From Bacteroidota bacterium (GTDB lineage Bacteria > Bacteroidota > Bacteroidia > Bacteroidales > VadinHA17), in the NCBI GenBank assembly GCA_011049175.1, contig DSCJ01000100.1, positions 673 through 64,672 on the forward strand: DNA of 64,000 nt, read 5' to 3'. Position 1 is the stretch's first letter, and each line of letters starts with the position of its first letter. The translations under genes were made by a program, and so were the position numbers. The notes beneath the pieces were generated by a model. The model was not told the DNA's origin and did not search any database. It saw only the letters and a program-made list of their open reading frames with translations. Shown here piece after piece: positions 52,305 through 60,927 of this stretch.

Positions 52305-53062
52305 TCTTTTTCAACTTTGACGCGTGCCGCTCTTGCCTCGGCCTTCTTCACCTTTTCCTGGATTTCTTTTTCATCGGCGGCCAGTGCTTCCAGCAGGCGC
52401 CTGGCATCCGCTTCCGTTATCCGCTGAGGAACCTGCCGGGGTTGCTGTCTTTCCTGCTCCGGTTCACTTTCCTGTGGCTGTTCCTGCGGCTGTTGCTCCG
52501 GGTCCTGCTGCTGTCCCTGTTGTTGTTGTTGTTGTTGCTGCTGATCCTGTTGCTGCCGGTCCTGTGGCTGATCTTCTCCCCCCTGCCGGTTTTGCTGCTG
52601 CTGTTGCTGTTCCCTGAGCATACGCTGGGCAACCGACAGGTTGTACTTGGTTTCCATATCTTCCGGATGATTCCTCAAAGCTTCCTTATAGGCTTCGATG
52701 CTTTCCCTGATCTGCCCGTTTTTCAGCATGGAATTCCCCAGGTTATGATAAAACCTCGCCCGGTCGTCCGGCGAAAGGCCTTCTTCCGGCACACGGCTGA
52801 AATAATTGCCTGCATTCTCATATTTTTCCTGTTTATACAGGGCACTCCCCAGGTTGAATTCAGCCTGGTACATTTCGTTGTTTTCTTCCAGGGCTTTTCT
52901 GTAAAGAATTTCCGATTCACTAAAATTACCATTTTTAAATTCCCTGTTACCTTCCCGGATGTATTTCCTTTCCGTCTGGCTCCATCCGGAAAGGGTTCCG
53001 GCCAGAAGAAAACAACACATTATGAACCGGTTTTTTATCATGGTTTCAGGTTTCTTCATCAA
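52298..53062 (-). CDS. batC: BatC (TPR protein) with Q-rich low-complexity tail
   Basis: TPR repeats (GNFSESEILYRKALE..AEFNLGSALYKQEKYENA..YHNLGNSMLKNGQIRESIEAYKEAL). A ~60-aa Q/E/P-rich segment and a basic C-terminus follow. Confidence 0.85.
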   Translation of the reverse strand: MMKKPETMIKNRFIMCCFLLAGTLSGWSQTERKYIREGNREFKNGNFSESEILYRKALEENNEMYQAEFNLGSALYKQEKYENAGNYFSRVPEEGLSPDDRARFYHNLGNSMLKNGQIRESIEAYKEALRNHPEDMETKYNLSVAQRMLREQQQQQQNRQGGEDQPQDRQQQDQQQQQQQQQGQQQDPEQQPQEQPQESEPEQERQQPRQVPQRITEADARRLLEALAADEKEIQEKVKKAEARAARVKVEKEW

Positions 53063-54101
53063 ATAAACGGATTTTCGATAACCACCTGTTTTTTCTTTCC
53101 AGGATCACAAAATCGAGCAGCAGCAGGAAAAGGGACAATCCTGCCAGGTACTGGAACCGCTCTTCGTACTCTGAAAATTTACGCATTTCCATTTCGGTCT
53201 GTTCCATATTCCGGATCTCCTCCATCAGCACATCCAGTCCAACCCGGATATTGTTCGCCCGCACATATTTTCCCTTTCCTGCAGCAGCCACTCGCGATAG
53301 CAGGGCTTCATCAAGCTTGCTGATCACCACATTCCCTTCCCGGTCTTTCCGGTAGGTTTTTACCTGAGCCCCGGGATCCATGGGAATGGGGGCTCCTCTT
53401 TCCAGGCCCATGCCCAGGGTATGCACCACAATGTTTTTTTCCGCCGCCTTTTCCGCTGCTCCCAGGGCATCGCCTTCATGGTTTTCCCCGTCGGTAATGA
53501 TGATGATGGCTTTCCCGGCATCGCTTACCGGACTGAATGATTTCAGGGCCAGATCGATGGCCGGACCGATGGCAGTTCCCTGACGGGGAACCATTTCGGG
53601 CCCCACTCCGGAAAGGAACATTTTCACTGCCAGGTAATCATCGGTAATGGGTACCTGAATATAGGCATCGCCGGCAAAAACGATCAGTCCCACTTTATCG
53701 TCTTCCAGCTGGTCAACCAGCCTGGAAATGGCCTGTTTTGCCCTTTCCAGGCGACTGGGTTCGATATCCTGTGCCAGCATGCTGTTTGAAACATCCAGAG
53801 CGATGATGATCTCCACCCCTTTCCGTTTCACCTCTTCCAGTTTCGACCCGAACTGGGGACGTGCCAGGGCAAAAACGCCCGATATCCACGCCAGCAGCAC
53901 CAGAAAAAATTTCCAGGCCGGGCGTGACAATGATCTTTCCGGCATGAGCCCTTCTACCAGGTGGGGGTCGCCGTATTTTTTCACCTTCTTTTGCTGTGAC
54001 CAGCGGCTCAGCCAGAAAACCACCAGCAAAACCGGGACTCCCAGCAATGCATACAACACCTCGGGCTGCTGAAACCGGAATATACCCTGTTCCACCATCA
54101 C
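53046..54101 (-). CDS. batB: BatB (VWA domain membrane protein)
   Basis: Two N-terminal TM helices are followed by a von Willebrand A domain with the MIDAS motif (IIIALDVSNSM..DRLE..LIVFAGDAY..TAIG..IIIITDGENH). Confidence 0.9.
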   Translation of the reverse strand: MMVEQGIFRFQQPEVLYALLGVPVLLVVFWLSRWSQQKKVKKYGDPHLVEGLMPERSLSRPAWKFFLVLLAWISGVFALARPQFGSKLEEVKRKGVEIIIALDVSNSMLAQDIEPSRLERAKQAISRLVDQLEDDKVGLIVFAGDAYIQVPITDDYLAVKMFLSGVGPEMVPRQGTAIGPAIDLALKSFSPVSDAGKAIIIITDGENHEGDALGAAEKAAEKNIVVHTLGMGLERGAPIPMDPGAQVKTYRKDREGNVVISKLDEALLSRVAAAGKGKYVRANNIRVGLDVLMEEIRNMEQTEMEMRKFSEYEERFQYLAGLSLFLLLLDFVILERKNRWLSKIRLFDEET

Positions 54102-55093
54102 GGAAAGTTTTTAAATACGGTTAAACCCAGCAACAATTCGAGCATGACCAGCAGGACTGCCGCAGCGGCAAATCCCATGTATTCTTCCTGCCTGCGACGA
54201 TATTCTGTTACGCTGATCTTCGATTTCTCCAGCTGATCAATTTCCCGGTATATGTCTCTCAGCTTTTCTTTGTCTGTTGCCCGGTAAAAGGCGCCTTCTG
54301 TCATCGAGGCAATTTCCTGCAATACTTCCTCGTCGATTTCCACCTCCATATTGCGGAAAATCATTCCTCCCGGCGTCTGTACCGGGTATGGCGCCGTACC
54401 CCGGCTTCCCACCCCGATGGTATACACCCGTATACCGAAGGTGGATGCAATCTCGGCCGCCGTCAGAGGATCAATCTCTCCCACATTGTTCACCCCGTCG
54501 GTCAGCAGGATGATCACTTTCGACCGGGCCTCGCTGTCTTTCAATCGGTTGATGGCAGTGGCCAGTCCCATTCCGATGGCTGTGCCGTCTTCGAGTACGC
54601 CGCTTCTGGCAGCATTCAGCAGGTTGATCACAGTAGCATGATCGGTGGTAAGGGGGCACTGGGTAAAACTTTCACCGCTGAATATGACCAGGCCAATGCG
54701 GTCGTACGGCCTTCCCGATACGAACTCAACGCCAACTTCCTTTGCCGCCTCCAGCCGGTCGGGGGAAAAATCCCTGGCCAGCATGGAACTCGAAACATCC
54801 AGCGCCATAACGATATCGATTCCTTCGGTGGAAACATCCTCCCACCGGTCGGTTGATTGCGGACGGGCCAGAACCACTGTCAGAAGGGCCACGGACAGCA
54901 TCCGGAAAACAAACAGAATGTGCCTGCCCCACACCCTCCACGAGGGTTTCTTCTCCCTGAAAGGCGACGTGGCTGTCACCAGAAGGCTGGCATGTGATTT
55001 CCTCTTCTTCCACACATACCAAAGGATCATGGGCAGAAGCAGCCACAATAACCACAGCCAGCCGGGTTGTGCAAAGTACTGGTGTAAATTCAT
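54098..55093 (-). CDS. batA: BatA (VWA domain membrane protein)
   Basis: Two N-terminal TM helices are followed by a VWA/MIDAS domain (IVMALDVSSSM..LVIFSGESF..TAIG..IILLTDGVNN) and a C-terminal TM helix. It has ATGA overlaps on both sides. Confidence 0.9.
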   Translation of the reverse strand: MNLHQYFAQPGWLWLLWLLLPMILWYVWKKRKSHASLLVTATSPFREKKPSWRVWGRHILFVFRMLSVALLTVVLARPQSTDRWEDVSTEGIDIVMALDVSSSMLARDFSPDRLEAAKEVGVEFVSGRPYDRIGLVIFSGESFTQCPLTTDHATVINLLNAARSGVLEDGTAIGMGLATAINRLKDSEARSKVIILLTDGVNNVGEIDPLTAAEIASTFGIRVYTIGVGSRGTAPYPVQTPGGMIFRNMEVEIDEEVLQEIASMTEGAFYRATDKEKLRDIYREIDQLEKSKISVTEYRRRQEEYMGFAAAAVLLVMLELLLGLTVFKNFP

Positions 55094-56148
55094 CGCATCA
55101 CCTCCTTTCCCTCTCCGGAAGCCGGCAGGGCAGCTTTGCCGCCGGTTTCCCCGGTTTCCAGGCCGTGAACGTTTTCGTCTTCCTCATGTACATCCACGGC
55201 AATGGTTTCCTGAACGAAACGTATGGCACGGGCAAAAACCATCCTGTTTTCATCGGGTTCGGGAATTACCCGGGCAAATTTCACCAGGTCGGCCAGGACC
55301 AGTATTTCACGCAGATCTTCACTGTTTCTCTGCGAAATACCTGAACGGGTATCCAGTGCATCCATAATCTCACCGGTGGTTTGTTCCAGTGCCGGAATAC
55401 CGTATCTGCATTCCAGGTAATTCCGGAGTATTTCCGTAAGCCGGGTATGGTATTCCTTCACCTTACCCTGCTGCCACAACCGGTCTTTCTCCAAAGCTTT
55501 CAGTTCTCTGATGGCAATGATATGAGCCGCTTCGGGCGGAATAACCTCCTGCTCCTCCCCTGTTTCCCTCTTCTTTCTTCTGCGCAGGAATTGCAGAACC
55601 AGGAACCCCAGCAATACCAGAATGATTCCTGCACCGATATACGGAAGCAGCTCCCGCAGCGTGAGCGGTACACCGTAGGGCGATTTGATATCGTAAAGAA
55701 CCACGCTGCTGTCAGGCGGAAGGGTTTTAACTTCGAGCGGGAGCGACCGGGTAAACAGGGTATCAGTACGCGAAGTGTGCATCACCACAACCGGCTGCGA
55801 AGGAATAAAATGAAAACCGCTGTCAAATGAGGTGATCAGATACCGGCTCCGGTAATGCATCGCATCATGGTCCAGACGCTGGCTGTCGGAGGGGAATATT
55901 TCCAGCACCTCCACCCCCCGGGTAAGGGAATCGTTCAAAGCGGGAAATACCACCCGGCTGTTGGCGGGCACCCAGGCTTCCACATGGTAACGAATCTGGT
56001 CGCCTATCAGAATGCAGGTTGTATCCAGACGGGCCCTGACACGGGGAATATCCTGCCTGTTTTCCTGAGGAAAGGCCAACCCATGAAGAAAGGCCGGCAA
56101 TAAAAGCAGGCCTGTCAGCCAGAAACTGTGTGGCCGTTTATACCTCAT
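55090..56148 (-). CDS. Bat-operon membrane protein (DUF4381-like tail with BatD-like N-terminal module)
   Basis: 352 aa. It has a signal peptide, a beta-rich ectodomain and a TM helix (LLPYIGAGIILVLLGFLVLQFL). The cytoplasmic helical segment (AIRELKALEKDRLWQQGKVKEYHTRLTEILRNYLECRYGIPALEQTTGEI) is collinear with the BatD tail. Confidence 0.65.
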   Translation of the reverse strand: MRYKRPHSFWLTGLLLLPAFLHGLAFPQENRQDIPRVRARLDTTCILIGDQIRYHVEAWVPANSRVVFPALNDSLTRGVEVLEIFPSDSQRLDHDAMHYRSRYLITSFDSGFHFIPSQPVVVMHTSRTDTLFTRSLPLEVKTLPPDSSVVLYDIKSPYGVPLTLRELLPYIGAGIILVLLGFLVLQFLRRRKKRETGEEQEVIPPEAAHIIAIRELKALEKDRLWQQGKVKEYHTRLTEILRNYLECRYGIPALEQTTGEIMDALDTRSGISQRNSEDLREILVLADLVKFARVIPEPDENRMVFARAIRFVQETIAVDVHEEDENVHGLETGETGGKAALPASGEGKEVMR

Positions 56149-57017
56149 GCTCTCTCCCGTTTTTTGAACAACTGAATAAGGGGCGGCACATAATCCTCAT
56201 CGGTACGAATGGCTATGTGGTCCACTCCGCATCTTACCAGGATATCGTTAATTTCTTTCTGTTTCTTCAGGTACCATTGATAATAGAATTCTCTTACCGA
56301 CCGTTTGGAGGTATCCACCCACATCTGTTCGCCGGTTTCCGCATCGCGCATCTGCACCAGCCCCACATCGGGAAGCTCGGTTTCCCGGTGATCGTATACC
56401 CGGATTGCCACCATATCGTGCTTGTTTCCGGAAATTTGCAGGGGACTCTCGAAATCATGATCCATAAAATCGGAAATAACAAATGCCGTACACCGCTTTT
56501 TGATGGCGTTGGTAAGAAAGCGCAGCGGTTCGGTAAGGTCGGTACGCCGGCTTTCCGGCCTGAAATCGATCAGCTCCCTGATCACCCGGAGGATATGCTG
56601 TCTGCCCTTTTTAGGCGGAATGAACTTTTCCACCCGGTCGGTGAAAAAGATCACGCCGATCTTGTCGTTGTTCTGTATGGCCGAAAACGACAAAACGGCT
56701 GCAATTTCGGTAACCATGTCGCGTTTCAGCATATGACGGGTACCGAAATCCCTTGATCCGCTCACATCGATCAGCAGCATCACGGTAAGCTCCCTCTCCT
56801 CTTCATAAACCTTTATGTAGGGATGATTGAACCGGGCGGTCACGTTCCAGTCGATATTCCGCAGGTCATCACCGTAATGATATTCCCGTACCTCACTGAA
56901 CATCATTCCCCGCCCCTTGAAGGCGCTATGGTACTGTCCGGCAAATACCTGCCGGCTCAGACCGCGTGTCTTGATCTCAATCTTCCTGACCTTTTTCAGC
57001 AGTTCACTCGTTTCCAC
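56145..57017 (-). CDS. DUF58 domain protein (MoxR-associated, VWA-like)
   Basis: REYHYGDDLRNIDWNVTARFNHPYIKVYEEERELTVMLLIDVSGS is the signature DUF58 motif. 290 aa. Confidence 0.9.
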   Translation of the reverse strand: METSELLKKVRKIEIKTRGLSRQVFAGQYHSAFKGRGMMFSEVREYHYGDDLRNIDWNVTARFNHPYIKVYEEERELTVMLLIDVSGSRDFGTRHMLKRDMVTEIAAVLSFSAIQNNDKIGVIFFTDRVEKFIPPKKGRQHILRVIRELIDFRPESRRTDLTEPLRFLTNAIKKRCTAFVISDFMDHDFESPLQISGNKHDMVAIRVYDHRETELPDVGLVQMRDAETGEQMWVDTSKRSVREFYYQWYLKKQKEINDILVRCGVDHIAIRTDEDYVPPLIQLFKKRERA

Positions 57018-57030
57018 ACCGTTGCTTCCT

Positions 57031-57441
57031 TTATGGTTCCCTTTCTTTCATGGTAACGGTAAAAAACCATTCCCCTCTGAGCATTTCCACCTCCAGGTTT
57101 CCGTTATCCTGGCGGCCGGCCCACCGGTCAGTACCGGCTTCCGTAAACCGTTCATTCAGCCACTCAAGCGTCTGGTCGAGGTACGTATAATCGTGCATCA
57201 TTCTGATCACCCGGCACCGGTTGTTCTCATCCAGAAAAAACAGCCAGGTACGGCTATCGCGCACATCCACAAACTTCAGGTACCTGAAGCGGTCGTTCCT
57301 CACCTGATCCTGCCACAGAAACTCGGGATGCTCCTTTTTCATAAGGGGCACAAGCTCGGAACCTTCTATTCCGAGGTAATCCTGGGCCCATAGCCCGGAG
57401 GCACAGAGGATCAGCATGCCGGTAAGGAACAGATATTTCAT
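57031..57441 (-). CDS. Small secreted protein of unknown function inserted between MoxR and DUF58
   Basis: 136 aa with signal peptide MKYLFLTGMLILCASGLWAQ. I recognise no motif. The gaps to its neighbours are 11 and 13 nt. Confidence 0.6.
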   Translation of the reverse strand: MKYLFLTGMLILCASGLWAQDYLGIEGSELVPLMKKEHPEFLWQDQVRNDRFRYLKFVDVRDSRTWLFFLDENNRCRVIRMMHDYTYLDQTLEWLNERFTEAGTDRWAGRQDNGNLEVEMLRGEWFFTVTMKEREP

Positions 57442-57452
57442 GTTGATGTTTT

Positions 57453-58451
57453 TTAGGGCACTTCCACCTGATTCAGAATACCGGTAATGATTTCCTCGGC
57501 CGTAACATTCTCTGCCTCGGCTTCATAGGTGAGTCCGATGCGGTGCCTTAGCACGTCATGACATACAGCCCGCACGTCCTCGGGGATCACATACCCCCTG
57601 TGCCTTATAAAAGCGTATGCCTTTGAAGCCATAGCCAGGTAGATACTTGCCCTGGGTGAACCGCCGTATTGAATCAGCGGCATATATTTTTCCAGTCCCT
57701 GCTCCGCCGGATTACGGGTAGCAAAAACAATATCGAGAATATATTTTTCGATTTTCTCATCCAGGTAAACCTCCTTTACCACCTTCCTTGCCCGCATGAT
57801 CTGATCGGGTTTCATTACGGTGGACGGAGCAGGAAATTCCATGGCCAGGTTTTCCCGCATGATCAGGCGTTCCTCTTCCTTTCCCGGATACCCGATCACC
57901 ACTTTCAGCATGAACCGGTCAACCTGGGCTTCAGGTAGCGGATAGGTTCCTTCCTGTTCAATAGGGTTCTGGGTAGCCATCACCATAAAAGGCTGTTCCA
58001 GCGGGTAGGTATGCGACCCGATGGTTACCTGCCTTTCCTGCATGGCTTCCAGCAGGGCGCTCTGCACCTTTGCCGGTGAGCGGTTGATCTCATCGGCCAG
58101 AATGAAATGGGCAAAAATGGGCCCTTTTTTCACCTGAAACTCTTCCGCTTTCTGGCTGTAGATCATAGTACCGATCAGGTCGGCCGGTAAAAGATCGGGA
58201 GTAAACTGGATGCGGCTGAACCGGGCATCGATGGTTCTGGCCAGGGTGTTGATGGCCAGGGTTTTTGCCAGCCCGGGCACGCCTTCCAGCAGGATGTGCC
58301 CGTCGGAAAGCAGACCGATCAACAAGCTGTCGAGCAGGTGTTTCTGCCCCACAATCACTTTCTTCATCTCCTGCCGGATCATGTCTACAAAAGAGCTTTC
58401 CTGTTCTATCCGTTCATTGATTTCCCTGATATCTGCAGTTTTTTCCATCAT
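57453..58451 (-). CDS. MoxR-family AAA+ ATPase
   Basis: HILLEGVPGLAKT (Walker A), FILADEINR (Walker B), ..LLEAMQERQVTI.., and a C-terminal ..GGSPRASIYL..A.A.A...GR.YV.PEDV. The internal Met (MMEKTADIREI) is preferred as the start. Confidence 0.93.
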   Translation of the reverse strand: MMEKTADIREINERIEQESSFVDMIRQEMKKVIVGQKHLLDSLLIGLLSDGHILLEGVPGLAKTLAINTLARTIDARFSRIQFTPDLLPADLIGTMIYSQKAEEFQVKKGPIFAHFILADEINRSPAKVQSALLEAMQERQVTIGSHTYPLEQPFMVMATQNPIEQEGTYPLPEAQVDRFMLKVVIGYPGKEEERLIMRENLAMEFPAPSTVMKPDQIMRARKVVKEVYLDEKIEKYILDIVFATRNPAEQGLEKYMPLIQYGGSPRASIYLAMASKAYAFIRHRGYVIPEDVRAVCHDVLRHRIGLTYEAEAENVTAEEIITGILNQVEVP

Positions 58452-58669
58452 AATGGGTTGACTTGTGGTGAAAAGATATGGTTTTACAGTCACTTTCCAA
58501 ATAACATACCAATCCCGGTTCTTCAATCCCGGTTTTTCCGGGTACCGCAAATTTGAGGATTATTGCCGGATTGTCAAGTTAAAATATGTTAAACCCTGCC
58601 CGACCGGACTGACAGATTTACAGAATGGATGAAAATGCGGCAGATCGGCTGCCGCACCTGCATTTTGAT

Positions 58670-58677
58670 TATCTTTG
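58670..58677 (+). promoter_or_regulatory. Candidate -7 box TATCTTTG for truA, 6 nt before the ATG
   Basis: A perfect TAnnTTTG. No convincing -33 TTTG lies at 19-21 nt spacing. Confidence 0.3.
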
Positions 58678-58683
58678 GACTGT

Positions 58684-59442
58684 ATGCCGTTGTTTCGTTA
58701 TTTCATACAACTTTCCTTTCTCGGAACCCGTTACCACGGGTGGCAGATCCAGCCGAATGCCGTCACGGTACAGTCTGTTCTGGATAATAACCTCTCGGCC
58801 CTGCTGGGAGAAGAAATCCGGGTTACCGGAGCCGGCCGTACCGACACGGGAGTGCACGCCCGCTTTTTTATGGCACATTTCGATACCAGCCATGCCCGGT
58901 TGCACCGGAAAGAGAAAATGGTGTACAGCCTGAATGGAATGCTCCCCGGCGATATCGCCGTGCAAAAGATCATTCCGGTAAAACCTGATGCACATGCCCG
59001 TTTTCATGCCGCATCCCGCACGTATGAATATCTCCTTTCCAGGGAAAAAGATCCCTTTCTCACAGGGCTGGCCCATTTCTATTACGGCACACTCGACCTC
59101 AGGGCTATGCGGGAGGCTACCCGGTGGCTGACAGGGGAACACAATTTCAAAGCGTTCAGCCGGAGCCATACCCAGGTGAAAACCTACATCTGCAGGGTGA
59201 CGGAAGCAGAATGGCTGGAACATGACCACCGCCTGATTTTCAGAATTACTGCCGACCGGTTCTTGCGGAATATGGTCAGAGCCATTGTGGGAACCATGAT
59301 CGAAACGGGGAAAGGCAGGATTTTATCCAATGAATGGCAAAGGATCATGGATTCAGAAGACAGAAGCCTGGCAGGTGCATCTGCACCGGCCCATGGTTTG
59401 TATCTTACCAGGATCGAATATCCACCGGAGATTTATCTTTGA
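58684..59442 (+). CDS. truA: tRNA pseudouridine(38-40) synthase
   Basis: MPLFRYFIQLSFLGTRYHGWQIQPN..TVQSVL...L.......I.V.GAGRTDTGVHA (catalytic Asp in RTD)...FLRNMVR.IVGT. These are canonical TruA motifs. Confidence 0.93.
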   Translation: MPLFRYFIQLSFLGTRYHGWQIQPNAVTVQSVLDNNLSALLGEEIRVTGAGRTDTGVHARFFMAHFDTSHARLHRKEKMVYSLNGMLPGDIAVQKIIPVKPDAHARFHAASRTYEYLLSREKDPFLTGLAHFYYGTLDLRAMREATRWLTGEHNFKAFSRSHTQVKTYICRVTEAEWLEHDHRLIFRITADRFLRNMVRAIVGTMIETGKGRILSNEWQRIMDSEDRSLAGASAPAHGLYLTRIEYPPEIYL

Positions 59443-59587
59443 TAATATACTGATTATGAATCTGGTATAGTTTTTTTCTTTTTCCCACGCAACCATTTGA
59501 GGTTTCATCTCATCTACCCATTGTATTGTTTTTTGAAAAAACAGCCTCCCAGGCACAATTAATATATATGTCATCCGCCCTGCGGAT

Positions 59588-59620
59588 AAAAAAAAGACCG
59601 GCAAAAGCCGGTTTTTTTTA
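59588..59620. terminator. Bidirectional Rho-independent terminator between truA and the thioredoxin-like gene
   Basis: A8 (59588..59595), then GACCGGC-AAAA-GCCGGT(T), then T8 (59612..59619). This gives a hairpin plus U-run on both strands. The T-run overlaps the stop codon of the minus-strand gene. Confidence 0.8.
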
Positions 59621-60199
59621 TACCAGATCACAGGCTTCGGGCGGCATCCAGTGCCTGTCTTTTCCTTCCCATTTCACATTACAGCCAATGGGGTTGGTAA
59701 TATGTACCCGGGGTTCCCGCCCCGAGACAAGATCTTCCAGCACCCCATCCAGGTCGTTCACCTGCATACGCGAGGGGTCCCGGGGATTGTCAATACCCCT
59801 TCCCGTATAAACCAGTTTCCTTTCCAGGTCGAACACAAAAAAGTGAGGCGTTCGGAGGGCGCCGTACTTCCGGGCTGCCTCCTGCGTTTCATCACGCAAA
59901 TATACCCATGGGAAACGGTACTCTTCCATCCTCCGCACCATGTGGTCGAAATCATCTTCAGGATAGGTGTTGGCGCTGTTCGAATTGATACCAACAAATT
60001 TCACACCCCTGCCGGCATATTTACCGGCAGTTTGGCGGGTTATCTCATCCGAACCCAGCACATAGGGACAGTGGTTACAGGTAAAGAATATGACCAGCCA
60101 TGGAAATTCCTTAAAATCGCCTAAAGAATAGGTTTTTCCATCGGTAGCGGGCAATCGGAAATCCGGGGCCTGTTCACCCGGTTGCAGTGTAAAAGCCAT
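59618..60199 (-). CDS. Thioredoxin-fold thiol-disulfide oxidoreductase (AhpC/TSA-like, CxxC)
   Basis: [20 protein letters not shown]...[14 protein letters not shown]... (CNHC redox motif) ...[11 protein letters not shown]. 193 aa. Confidence 0.8.
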   Translation of the reverse strand: MAFTLQPGEQAPDFRLPATDGKTYSLGDFKEFPWLVIFFTCNHCPYVLGSDEITRQTAGKYAGRGVKFVGINSNSANTYPEDDFDHMVRRMEEYRFPWVYLRDETQEAARKYGALRTPHFFVFDLERKLVYTGRGIDNPRDPSRMQVNDLDGVLEDLVSGREPRVHITNPIGCNVKWEGKDRHWMPPEACDLV

Positions 60200-60360
60200 G
60201 ATGCATCATAAATGGTTATACAGGTTCAACAACCGTTGCCACAGAAATGTTCATGAAGGTTATTGATGGGGAAGAGCCGGTGAGTTGTGAAGCCGCAGAC
60301 AATTCCGGACATAACTTACCATTATTTTTCACCGAAAGGCATCTGTGTGCTTCACCTGCA

Positions 60361-60876
60361 TTAATTCCCGCTGATGAGCTGTTGCAGGTTATCCAGTACC
60401 AGCAACAGTTCGTTCTCTATCTTCTTTCGTGTCCAGAACAAAACAGCTTTTCCCGTCCAGCCCCGTGCCGACAGATGCGCCACAACGTCCATACGGCATC
60501 CGCCAGGCATGGGAACAAGTTCAATACGGGTAGATATCTGCATGGTTTTGAATTCATAGGTTGCCGCCAGGATTTCCGGCCGGTCCATGACCTCTAAATG
60601 CTGTATCAGGCCTATTTCCCGCCCGTTCCGTTCCAGGATGAGGCGGTTGATACTTCCCGGGGCAGCCAGTTCTCCCGCCACCGGCTGGATACCCTTATAC
60701 CCGGGTATCCACTGATGAAAGCTGAACGGATTCATCATCATATTGAAAACTTTATCAGGGGGCTGATGCAGGTTGATCTCCCGGTGTATGGAATACTGCC
60801 GGTAAAACTGACCCGGAAGCACGTATAACAGGACCGACAGGAAAAGGGCGGGCAATGCATAACGGATTATTTTCAT
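60361..60876 (-). CDS. Membrane-anchored SRPBCC/START-like protein
   Basis: An N-terminal TM helix is followed by about 140 aa with the beta-alpha-beta pattern typical of the SRPBCC fold (HREINLHQPPDKVFNMMMNPFSFHQWIPG..). This is a weak call made by pattern only. Confidence 0.45.
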   Translation of the reverse strand: MKIIRYALPALFLSVLLYVLPGQFYRQYSIHREINLHQPPDKVFNMMMNPFSFHQWIPGYKGIQPVAGELAAPGSINRLILERNGREIGLIQHLEVMDRPEILAATYEFKTMQISTRIELVPMPGGCRMDVVAHLSARGWTGKAVLFWTRKKIENELLLVLDNLQQLISGN

Positions 60877-60927
60877 GGATGCGAAATTGGATGTATTCAC
60901 ATAAAAGTAACAACATATTTATGGTTT

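Noticed and set aside
52324-53323. Pro/Ala-rich and Leu-rich plus-strand ORFs (52324..52617, 52442..53323).
   Set aside because: They are antisense to the BatC poly-Q/TPR gene and are artefacts of the CAA/CAG repeat tract.
58548-58555. The palindromic CAAATTTG in the MoxR/truA divergent region as a shared -7 box for both directions.
   Set aside because: It is a 7/8 match to TAnnTTTG on both strands. There is no suitably spaced -33 TTTG on either side, and a better box for truA exists at 58670..58677. The support is insufficient.
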